64,000 nucleotides of DNA from Adineta vaga (taxonomy: Eukaryota; Animalia; Rotifera): assembly GCA_021613535.1 (NCBI GenBank), contig CP075496.1, positions 9,052,001 to 9,116,000 of the forward strand. The letters run 5' to 3'. Of the stretch, positions 12,998-23,327 are shown one piece after another; position 1 is the stretch's first letter; every line of letters starts with the position of its first letter. Made by a program: the position numbers and the translations under genes. The notes under the pieces were generated by a model. The model was not told where the DNA came from. It worked only from the letters and a program-made list of their open reading frames with translations, and made no database searches.

Positions 12998-13190
12998 ATA
13001 TAATGTTTTCGTTACATTTGGTATTAATAATATAGTCTCGGTGATAGATATTTTTGTCGTCTTTTTTTTAATGAATGAACGATAAATTAGTAATATGTCT
13101 CCATCAATATATACGAAGGGTTTCGAGTGATAAGATATTATACTCATTTCTGCAATCTAAAATTTATTCAAATGAACAGTAAAAGCAATA

Positions 13191-14078
13191 TTAAGAATCA
13201 GATGTAGAAACAGGTTCTGTTATACTGACTGCTCCATCATCATATAGAGTAATTCTTAGATTAGGTCGAAATCCTGTACTTTCATGAGCATATCCATGTT
13301 GATTGCTTACTACTCGTGTAGAATGTATCGTTAAATCAGTTGATACATGTGTATGACCATATAACCATAAACGAACAGGATCTACACAATCTTCATCATG
13401 ATCATTGACAAACGCATCATCTATATTAAAATCTATATCATGTTCTGGAAGAGTATTATGACGAGAAGGTGCATGATGTGTAATCACGACAACATGCTCT
13501 CGATTCTTGCGAGCTTTACCAATTTCTTTTAATAACCAAGCATGTTGTTCAGCATGCCATCTATTGGTATCATCGACTGTAATTAGACGTCGTGTTTTAA
13601 TAGTCTGATCATTTTCGATTCTCTCATCCAATGTCCAAATGTAACGATAATCATTTAATAATAGACCAGTGATTGATGCTTTTTCATCAGGAACATGAGA
13701 CCAAAGCGTAGTTCCAAGTATACGTACATCATAAGGAAGTAAGTAACTTTGATTTTGTAGGAAATGAATACGTGGATTCAGATTGTTGAATTCTCGAAGT
13801 TGTTCCAGACGAGTCTCATATTCTCCTTCATAAAAACAATGATTTCCTGCTACATAAAAGATATGTTCAAATCTTTGACATTGAGTAAGTAAAAATTTTT
13901 TTAGCGATGGCATATCTGGTCGTCCAATGTCTCCGGCAAGGATCAAGATTGGTGCTACCACTTGAAATTTCGGAATGACTTGTTGGGAGAATTCAAGATG
14001 TAAGTCACTCATAAGCATAGTTTGAAAGATGGCTCTGGCATTTGGTCCAGGAACTTTTTTCGACGTTCGATTACCCAT
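13191..14078 (-). CDS. Calcineurin-like metallophosphoesterase (microbial-type), intronless, with putative N-myristoylation signal
   Basis: SDLHLEF, LAGDIG, GNH, THHAP and GHTH metal-binding motifs; N-terminus MGNRTSKK. Confidence 0.9.
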   Translation of the reverse strand: MGNRTSKKVPGPNARAIFQTMLMSDLHLEFSQQVIPKFQVVAPILILAGDIGRPDMPSLKKFLLTQCQRFEHIFYVAGNHCFYEGEYETRLEQLREFNNLNPRIHFLQNQSYLLPYDVRILGTTLWSHVPDEKASITGLLLNDYRYIWTLDERIENDQTIKTRRLITVDDTNRWHAEQHAWLLKEIGKARKNREHVVVITHHAPSRHNTLPEHDIDFNIDDAFVNDHDEDCVDPVRLWLYGHTHVSTDLTIHSTRVVSNQHGYAHESTGFRPNLRITLYDDGAVSITEPVSTSDS

Positions 14079-14959
14079 TCTTGTTTACCTGAATATTACT
14101 AGTATATAATCTGAAGAAAACTTTGTAAAAAGAAACAATATGTCAATGAGTAATAGATTTATAAGTACATACATCAGACAATGATAAAAGAAATTTTCTA
14201 ACGAATACACCCATATTCTCAATAACGTGTGGAATTCGAAACTGACAGATTAGAGCTTATTAGATAAAGATTTTCTTTGGCAGTTTACTCACAAGAGACA
14301 AGTGTTACTGTTACTTGGATTACATTCTTAAGAAAACGTCTTGTCTGATTGACTATGAAGAACACAATACAAGCATTAAACAGTTCAATGTTGACATATG
14401 CACGTCGTGTAAAGCGACGAAACAATACTACATCGTTATGTGCAATTACGAGCAGAATGTTTTAATAATATTACCATACAGACGAGTGTACGTTTTTCTG
14501 TTTATTCATGATTCACTTTTTATTCTTTCGTAAAGTTACAATCATAAATGGTTGTTTTTTTTTCGTTCCAAACAAATGACATGATGCACTCTTTCGTAAT
14601 CACAGTTTCTCAATTATTCGTGTATCATTTTCACTATGACTTTGTAAAATCATTGTCCAAAATTCGATTTTGATTGAGTCACTATTAAAAAGAACGAGAT
14701 AGTAATTCGTCCTAATCTTGTTGAATTTGTGCCAAAAATCAAACCATATAAGGGAAAAATAACGCCGTATATATCATGTCTTATCAATTGATTAAAAAAT
14801 AGATTGAAAAAAAACAAGAAATCAACTTCCTCTAACATCATATCACTAAACAAAGGAAATCTATCTACACCATTTGATAATAATAGAAAAGAGAAGTGAT
14901 TTTTGTATATCATTTATTATGCATATGCAAATCTTAAATTACATAAGTTTTCTATTTCA

Positions 14960-15445
14960 TTATTTGAGAAGTATCTGTAACACCTTTCTAAAAAATCCTT
15001 CTGCGTGCTTGTAAATTCCGGGTGTGGTTTCTTCTCGTGGTCCAGCAACATTTAATATCTCAATTTTGTTTGCTATAATCCATTCACACACTTGATTTTC
15101 TTTAGAACTCTCATTCTTTTCATCTAAATTAACAATAAACAAAGGTTTATGATGTTTCTCAGCCATTCTTGTCGTTAATTTTGTTCCAGCACTCATTGTA
15201 TTTTCATTTCCACGAAAGATAATTAGAGTTCCATCTGAATCACGAACATTCATTTCAGTTCGTTGTGGATATCGATTCGTTGAAGTTTCTGCGAGATTTG
15301 CATACTTAACTGGATCAATTGTTCCATCTTCTGCTATTCTACCGCGTGGACACCAACCACCATACGGAAAATTCATTTCAATAGCCACATCTAAAGCAGA
15401 TCGATCAACACCCGTTTGTCCACCGCTCACAACCTTTTTCAGCAT
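14960..15445 (-). CDS. 'Putative molybdenum carrier' / YpsA-like SLOG-superfamily protein, intronless
   Basis: VVSGGQTGVDRSALD, GGWCPRGR.AEDG, RTEMNVRDSDGTL, GTKLT and LNVAGPRE are the signature of the bacterial MoCo_carrier family. First ATG 15445. Confidence 0.92.
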   Translation of the reverse strand: MLKKVVSGGQTGVDRSALDVAIEMNFPYGGWCPRGRIAEDGTIDPVKYANLAETSTNRYPQRTEMNVRDSDGTLIIFRGNENTMSAGTKLTTRMAEKHHKPLFIVNLDEKNESSKENQVCEWIIANKIEILNVAGPREETTPGIYKHAEGFFRKVLQILLK

Positions 15446-16081
15446 GTATCTAAAAGGCAATTAAACTCGTGATTTTCATGATATAGCGAATATTTTGACT
15501 ACTGAATTCTGTATTGCTAAACAATTTTCGTGTTTCCTTTTAAGAACAACGGGTGATGTGTATAAAAAATGTTACGAAAAAAACGAAATGATCAATGCAA
15601 TGCAATTGGCTGCCTCGTGTCAATATAAGTTTTCAATGAATAGAAAATGACACTTTACCTTCTAAAGATGGCGTACTTCTGTGTATCGTCTCGACGTTTA
15701 ACTTGTCTGAAAATCGGTAAAAGAGTGTCAATAATTTCTCCAAATAGAATATAGAGAGAAAACAAATTTTTATCTAAATTTTGATAATGCACTATTAACA
15801 ATACATTGACAAGTGTTGTATTCACAAGTGGTATGGCGAAAATGATAGATATCTGTAAGAAAGAGGATCTCGTATAACACTATGCAAACATGGTGTATCA
15901 TTCGATGCTTCATAAAATATATAAAATATCTTATGATTGTTTCTTTCTATAACAAATTCGCGATATTGTTGTTATCAATTATATGATTTGAACTCTGTCA
16001 ATGTTTTCAAATCTTCATTTATTCATATTTTACGATTGCACTACATATGTTTCAATAAAATGTAAAGCTCGACAATGGTTA

Positions 16082-17565
16082 TCAAGCGATATATTCACAC
16101 GAAGAAGTATTAAATAGAAACTTCTGTACTCTATTATTACCAGTGTCAGCTACATATAGATTCCAATACTGATCGAATTTAATACCTCTTGGTGAAGAAA
16201 GTCTATCCGATTCAGTACCCATATGCTCGCTAATTCCTGCAACAACTGATTCTGCTTCGGAACTATATGGAATCCATTTGAAAACTTGTTCACTATCGAA
16301 ACTTGATATAAACATAATCATTTGGTCTGCTGTTGGTTGTAAGAGAATTGATATAGGAGCTCGTAATTTCTCATCATTAAAAGCAACAGTAATTCCTTCT
16401 TTTGCTCCCGAAATCCATTTTTGAATGCGATGATTTTGATGATCACAAATATAAACGGCACCTATTTCTTTAATTTCATCAACATAAAGACCATATGGAC
16501 CATTCAGTTGATTTAATGCTGAACCTGCTCCATGTTCACCGGCAATCACTATTCCATAACCTAACTCCAGATAATATTTGACTACTCGATGATGACCTAC
16601 GTCTGAAATGTAGAGACTATTGTTTTTATCAACATAAAGTCCTGATTGAGTACTAAGAGTAAAACTATTATAGAAGCTACCAGTAATATTACTTCCATCA
16701 ATTGTTGTTATTAATTCACCATTCGAATTCAATACTTTAACTTCGTCCAGAAATTGATCTGCAACATAAATAGTATCAAACCTGTCAATAAATACACTAA
16801 GTGCCTTAGTTCCTGTAAATAGAGTGATATTCGTTCCATTATTGAAGTATTTCTGTAAACGATGATTTTCAGTATCACCAACAATCACATTGTTTTCGCT
16901 GTCAATAGCAATATCAAAAGGATCATACAATTTCGATGCAACAGTAATTCCATTGAAATCCCATTCAGCAGAAGCACACGGTGGTTGAGGAGTCGAAGAG
17001 AAACGTGACGTCGAACTGCCACTTGTCATGAGAGTTGTTGTCGAAATTGTTGTTATAGTTGAAGTTCCTGTTGATGAAGATATTGTCGTCGTCGTTGTTA
17101 TTACTATTGTAGAAGACGACATTGGTACAGATGTTGTTGATGTTACTAGAAGAATAGAAAAATAAAAGTATTCTGTTTTATTTCTACACGCTCGTTTGTG
17201 ATATATGATCGATGTTATTGAATAGGAAACTAACCTGATGAATCCGCTTTCTTTTGACGATTGACAAAGTAAACAGTCAATACGATTGTAACAGTAATTA
17301 GTAGAATAGCTAACAATACGATCAAGAACCATTTCACCTTACGATTTCTCAATAGTGTAAATCTATTCCTCGATATCGTAGGATTTTCTTTATATTTATC
17401 AGCAATTTTTGGATTCGTTGTTGAACTTGCTAAAGGATTGGTAAAACTAAACATTTTACCATGTTGAGAAGATTTATTCGTAGAAGATGTTAGTGGTGGT
17501 GTTGCAAAAATCGTTTCATTATCAGCTATATCAAACGACACAATGCTGGTGATTTTGAAGGACAA
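16082..17565 (-). CDS. Transmembrane NHL-repeat (6-bladed propeller) protein with Thr/Ser stalk; probably the 3' part of a gene starting at 17985
   Basis: TM (WFLIVLLAILLITVTIVLTVYFV). Intron 17146-17234 joins it in frame to a Thr-rich stalk and NHL repeats (DTENHRLQK, SDVGHHRVVK, LNGPYGLYVD, PRGIKFD...VADTGNNRVQKF). Confidence 0.85.
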
Positions 17566-17664
17566 TGTTGCTACACAAACGAAAAAAGCAAAATCTTTCT
17601 ATACATATAGCTGCTCATGAGAAGCTGTTGCTAGAAAGCGTATCAACACGCCTCAAAATTTAGA

Positions 17665-17985
17665 TCATTGGATGTTTACCTGATGATTTTTAATATTCTT
17701 ATATGTTTGTTCTAGTCCACAATAACGACAAAGGACGTTTAAATTTTCTAGACTACAATTTTTTTGTTGTTTGAAAGCTTCTACGGCATTTTTAATTGAA
17801 TCGTTTGATATCAATTGATCTTTAGTTAATGTTTTTCTACTTATTGGACTTGTACCATGTTGTATAATCCAATTAGTGATAGCCTTCCTTTCGTATACAT
17901 ATTCATCATTAGCAATAACTGGATCATCGAATAATTCTAATGTTAATGGACAAATTAAATATTTTTCTTTGTCAACTGATGACAT
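17665..17985 (-). CDS. U-box domain plus start of a TRAF-type zinc finger (probably exon 1 of the TM-NHL gene)
   Basis: LICPLTLELFDDPV...YERKAITNWI....TSPISRKTL...L.SN..IK is a U-box. CRYC...H followed by splice donor at 17679. Confidence 0.85.
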   Translation of the reverse strand: MSSVDKEKYLICPLTLELFDDPVIANDEYVYERKAITNWIIQHGTSPISRKTLTKDQLISNDSIKNAVEAFKQQKNCSLENLNVLCRYCGLEQTYKNIKNHQVNIQ

Positions 17986-18921
17986 ATTTTTAATATTTTT
18001 ATTGTAAATGAAAACGAGAAAAATATAAGCAAAAGATAAGTGAAAACATAATTCTTATCTTTTATATATTGCATCGTCCATTCAGTCCTATTTTTTACTG
18101 TTGTCACTGTTGATGACATTTTATCATTCTGCAGCAACTATCTGCACAGTACCTGTTTTTTGTTTTAATATAGAAATGTGAAAAAGAGATCAACGTAAAC
18201 TTTTATTCGATTCGCCCGTTATTGTTTTTTCATTGAAGATGCGAACAACAAACAATGTCAATGAATAACTATCATCAAAAATAAAGATTTACTTTTATAG
18301 TATTAGTTTACAATATTAGTTGTACATCGTTTATTATTCTGATGTGTTTATCTATAACAACTATATATCAACAATACGTTGAGCATTTTTAGCAAGCTTC
18401 ATTCAATAGTGAAAAAAACTTCTTCTTTCAAAGCCTATACGATGGGAATGACATATAATGTAAATATTTCAGTTTTATTTCTGTACTGATATGTTATGTT
18501 GTCTTGTAGTGCTAGTTTTTTATTACGTATTATCTTAGCGAATATCGTTCGTCAAAGAAACGCAACCGATGAAAATGCTATTGAATACATCAGTATTATA
18601 ATAGATGGCGCATAATAAATTTGCATAATACATAAGTTCTTCTGTCGATAAGTTACAGTTGCGAATACAATAGAAATAAACACGATTAGCAAAATAAGAA
18701 GATTACCCCGAAGATTGCACAATCAATAAATAAAATTTGTAACAACGATTCTCTATGACGCATGCGTATGACTTACGAGTTGTGCAATACTCTATATTGA
18801 AAAGAGTATCAACCAATGATAATATTAATACAATCATATAATATATAAATAAATATTTTCAACATTAAAGGAACAATCTTTTTAACGAGTATATCGATCG
18901 AATTGGACCATTTCTTCTAGT

Positions 18922-19548
18922 ATGCCAGCTGCTGTTGACATCGAATTCATTTTACGTAGTATTGATGAAGCTTATCACACTTGGCAAGAAAAGTTTCAAA
19001 CAACCACTAATGAACTACCAGCAGCTATTCAAGTATTATTCTGTGATTGTACACAAACACTATTCCAGTTGTCAATTTCTAATGATGATAGCGAACAAAC
19101 ACAAATAGATCAACTTAATGCTGAACTTATTATATCTAAACTCAAAGAATTAAGACAATCCCTTGGTAATCGATGGCCAGAGACTATTAATAGTTTTGGA
19201 AGAGATATTTTCAATGTCGATACATATCGAGTTGAGGCAGCAGAATATTTTCTACCTGTTCCATTCTATCCTGACGATGATACCATATTGAAATTTTATC
19301 GTTGGTCAGTTTATGATATGAATGATACCATAGTTTGTCGTTATTTCTTGGAAAAAAGCGAACTAATGCCTGGACAACCATACTTTGTTCTAGGAAAATC
19401 CTATCCTACTGGACATGCACAAATTCAACCATATGGTAGTGTTAAACCAACTTATAATCAAATGAAAGTTTATATAATTGATAATTTAAAAGGTCAAGGT
19501 TCACCCCCGATTGCTTCATCGATTTTACCATCGTTTACTACTACATAA
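18922..19548 (+). CDS. Hypothetical protein (208 aa), intronless
   Basis: Clean ATG-started ORF with globular composition; family not recognised with certainty. Confidence 0.65.
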   Translation: MPAAVDIEFILRSIDEAYHTWQEKFQTTTNELPAAIQVLFCDCTQTLFQLSISNDDSEQTQIDQLNAELIISKLKELRQSLGNRWPETINSFGRDIFNVDTYRVEAAEYFLPVPFYPDDDTILKFYRWSVYDMNDTIVCRYFLEKSELMPGQPYFVLGKSYPTGHAQIQPYGSVKPTYNQMKVYIIDNLKGQGSPPIASSILPSFTTT

Positions 19549-19795
19549 ACTAAAGGATATTATCATAATATAACTGCCAGTATCATGTAGATGGATAAAC
19601 GATCGCTATTGTTTTTTTATGAGCAATATTTCAAAAATTGTCATAATCAAACGCCAAGCGTGATTGTTTTAATTCATTTTTCTTTCTGAGAAAGATAAGT
19701 ATCTAATCGATGAGAAAAATAGCTTCTGTTAATATGATTCGATGAATATTGTGTTTTATATATAAAGTTAGTATGCAAAAGCTTCCGTATTAAAA

Positions 19796-20338
19796 ATGTT
19801 TTATGCACTCTTTCTTTTTTGTGTTTTATTCTTCACTTATAATGAAAAACTTGCCTATTCAGTTGATATAAGTGAGAATCTTCCTTTTACACCAGATATT
19901 CTCTATCAAAATTACAATGCTCTTTGGAGTACTATTCATGGATTAGAACAAGTGATTCATGAACAGACACAAGCTATTGCTAATCAACAGCAGCAATTAG
20001 ACGCACAACAGAAAATAATTGCTAAATTGCCAAGGTTTTGTCGCGGTCAAACAAAAGTCGATCAATGGCAACCATATTCAGGGGGAAGCGGAATTGAAGT
20101 GTATGTCAATACTAGTTCATGTCAATTTAAACGAGTACCTACGTATTTAACAAGTCTTTCCGGTCATACTGAGCATTGGACAGTAACAGGAATGACATCA
20201 ATCTACGCTGAGACATCTACTGGTTTCAAAGTATATATGCATCGAGTCAGAGGAACAGAAACAGCTCTTCAGACAATGAATCTTCTCACTATGCGACAAT
20301 GGAAATTAAATTGGATTGGTATTATACAAGACGAATAG
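19796..20338 (+). CDS. Secreted protein: signal peptide, coiled coil, C-terminal beta domain (lectin/tail-fibre-like)
   Basis: Hydrophobic N-terminus, Q-rich heptads, then GIEVYVNTSSCQF...PTYLTSLSG...HW..TG.TSIY.....GFKVY...W.LNWIG. Confidence 0.7.
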   Translation: MFYALFLFCVLFFTYNEKLAYSVDISENLPFTPDILYQNYNALWSTIHGLEQVIHEQTQAIANQQQQLDAQQKIIAKLPRFCRGQTKVDQWQPYSGGSGIEVYVNTSSCQFKRVPTYLTSLSGHTEHWTVTGMTSIYAETSTGFKVYMHRVRGTETALQTMNLLTMRQWKLNWIGIIQDE

Positions 20339-20570
20339 AGACAAAAATCAAGTTAAACATATTCTTTAACATATTATATTGCATGATACTTTACATCTAA
20401 AGATTGATTCATTCGAAAATAAAAATCATGTTTCGAGATTTAATTCAAATATTAAATGAGAAATTAGCATTTTATTTGATTCTGAAAAGAATACTAATGG
20501 AAATCATATGACAAAATTCAAAGTCGATATAGTTCATATTCTTAGATTCTTCTTTCGTACGATGAAAGAT

Positions 20571-20930
20571 TCAAGCAGAATCATCGAATAAATTCGGTAC
20601 TGCTTGTTTTACATTCAATAGTTTGCTATTCATTGCTCCTGATCTAGCAAGGTCATGATAACCAAAATCATCGTCTTCCTTTTTTGTTTCGGACCATGTT
20701 CCTGCTGAACTATCTAATGCCCAAACTTGTATTGACGCATCTTCTGTCAAATTTACCTTGAGTTCTGCACCATGATTTTCGATCGTATATTCACCTAATG
20801 GTAAATTGTATAAACCTCGAAAACCGCCTTGGATTGGTACAGTCGCAGTATTTCCATTAGCCTGATTTGTAATTTTGAGTTCATCTTTCCATAAATCTCG
20901 TAGAATTAAATAAGCATAAGTTGAAGACAT
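20571..20930 (-). CDS. Small hypothetical protein (119 aa) with GGFRGLYNLPLG motif
   Basis: ATG 20930, clean intronless ORF. The motif is reminiscent of the AAR2 N-terminal F.G....P.G motif and of bacterial hypotheticals (recollection only). Confidence 0.65.
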   Translation of the reverse strand: MSSTYAYLILRDLWKDELKITNQANGNTATVPIQGGFRGLYNLPLGEYTIENHGAELKVNLTEDASIQVWALDSSAGTWSETKKEDDDFGYHDLARSGAMNSKLLNVKQAVPNLFDDSA

Positions 20931-21614
20931 GATTTTAAAAAGAAAATATCTAAACAAATTTTAATAAGTATAAAAGCAAGAGTTTTTATAGGGCACGGAT
21001 GAAAAACATTGCAAGAATAACTACTCATGAATATAAATCTAGGACACTTTTTTTCTGTTCTTTTATATTCCACTCTTCATTACCTTCACAATTTTGTCTG
21101 TACTCATAGTTTCTAAGCAACATAATTGATTTTCATCGATGCTTGAAAGATCATAACATTTGTTAGATAATTATTGTTATATATTAATTAATTTAATCAT
21201 TCGCATATTTTATACAGCAGCGACAACAACACATATTCAATCGTAGAGGAGAAATGAGCTATTTCTGACTTGCTAAAATTATATTTCTTTCGTTGTCGTC
21301 AATAGTTTTATTGACAAGAGAAATAGGAAAAAAATTGAATAACAAGATTTTATTCAAGTACATTTTGTTTGATTTCTTTTTTTCGCAATCGGAAGAAATG
21401 AATGACGTATTTACTGGAAATGGCACATATACGTCATTGCATAAAAACAAAACAATAAATATAATATTTTCTGCTCCCTCTTGAAATACACTTTGTCATG
21501 GTTGATTTATTTTATTTCTTCGTCACTCAGTCTATATAATAGATACAATCTCATAATATTTTGTGTTTTTTTTAACGTACATATACGTCAACTAAGAATA
21601 TAATATTATTACCT

Positions 21615-21944
21615 ATGACTTCAGAAATAATACGTGGTACAATTACATCTAAAGATTCGTCGCATGTATTTGAAGGAGGTGAAACACTTGATGTATCCGT
21701 TGTTGATGCTTCACGTATGGATGCACCAAGTATCACATTGGGAGAAACAAAAATTACATTGAAACAAGGTCAAACATTTCCAATTGAATTCGAATTTTCT
21801 TATGATAAATCTCGAGTTGGACAAGGTTACGGTGGCGCATCAATGCAATCAAGAATTATAGACAAAAAGTACAAATTGATCTATGTTAACGATACTCGTA
21901 CACCACTCGTTGAAAATGTGGCAATCAATGTCGTTAAATCATAA
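21615..21944 (+). CDS. ybaY: YbaY/YscW-like (pilotin-fold) protein lacking the lipoprotein signal
   Basis: IRGTIT...L.VSVVDASRMDAPS..LG......FPIEF.FSYD.......S..SRI....KL.YVNDT matches the bacterial YbaY family pattern. Confidence 0.8.
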   Translation: MTSEIIRGTITSKDSSHVFEGGETLDVSVVDASRMDAPSITLGETKITLKQGQTFPIEFEFSYDKSRVGQGYGGASMQSRIIDKKYKLIYVNDTRTPLVENVAINVVKS

Positions 21945-22619
21945 ACATCTACCAGCAGTTTAATCATAAATATAGACAGATTTTAGAAAGCATGTGGTTA
22001 TACTAACTAAATCTAATATTTTCACTCTATATATATTACTAATTAATAAAATTAATAAAACTGAAATTATATTTCCATTCTTCATAGAATAGACTAGGTC
22101 ACTTTGACTTTGTACTCTATATTTATTTCAGAGCTTTTTCAATTTCAACGAAGTATAGAATCCAGCAGTACAATGAAACAAAAAAAAGCTATCGCGTATA
22201 ATCCATATTGCCTGTTTTATACTAACTAACTAAGTGAAAACGACTCGTCTAATTATTTTGTTAGTAAATAATCTCTAATAGGTAATCTGTTGAATGCTGT
22301 GGTGTACGTATTTGTATCGAATCATTAATATGAAGATGATGAACTAATACAAAACATCTCAATTGGTTAGTTCTGAAAATGAAAAACAATCACGTAGTAA
22401 TTTTCCTTCTTACATCTGTTACATTCTGATCGTTTACCATTTGTGACTGTCATCTATTTGTTATTTTCTATTTCTTTCGATCCTTAAAATTGCATTCAAA
22501 TTATTGGTTGATTTTAAGCGTGTAGAGACATTTTCTGTTCTATCATGTGATTATTATAGCAACTATATATTGGGAAGAAATTTTTACCTTGAACAGCATT
22601 TCGTGTTTTTTCTTTAATC

Positions 22620-23096
22620 ATGGATCATGAGAGTGATTGGGTATTTGTAGAGGACGAAGACGGAATTCTAGATGAACTGGAAGTGATATCTGTCGATGAA
22701 AATACAGATGAAAATGTCAAAATGAACGACAAGCCTAGTTATGCTACGAAATTATTGAAAAATATTAATGAAACTTCTCAGCAACAGCAAACCTCGATGT
22801 TAACAGTTGGACAAAAGAAGATAAAATCAGCCAATAAAAATGCTGATGAAGAGAAAGTGATGGGATCGTGTTTGGAACCAAAACCTGGCAGTCAGTATCG
22901 TAATCCACGTGATAAAGCAGGTAAAAATAAATTTCATAATGTTCGGGATCGATCGACTTCTCCACAACGACATAGGGGTAATAGTCTGAGAGTTAAATGC
23001 TCATACTGTACTCCTAAATTATCGACTCGTCTTGAACGCACTCGGAATGTACGTCAACAATGTTCAAAAGTAAACTGGAAAGATTACGATTACTAA
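22620..23096 (+). CDS. Hypothetical hydrophilic protein (158 aa)
   Basis: ATG-started ORF with acidic N-terminus (DWVFVEDE, LIR-like) and basic C-terminus; no family recognised. Confidence 0.5.
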   Translation: MDHESDWVFVEDEDGILDELEVISVDENTDENVKMNDKPSYATKLLKNINETSQQQQTSMLTVGQKKIKSANKNADEEKVMGSCLEPKPGSQYRNPRDKAGKNKFHNVRDRSTSPQRHRGNSLRVKCSYCTPKLSTRLERTRNVRQQCSKVNWKDYDY

Positions 23097-23327
23097 TTCC
23101 GAATCGATTAAATATGAACATAATGTATCTATATGATCTATTGAAGGCTTTTTTTTCTACATAATAATTCTCATTTTAAATGGATAATATAAAAGTTTAT
23201 ACACTGGTCTATTCTTTTCATATCAGATGATGAAGTATTTTTATAATAAACGACTTAAGAATACTTTTCTTTTACATGTTAAAATAGATATATTTGATAA
23301 AAAGATACACGTATGATGATAAATGTG

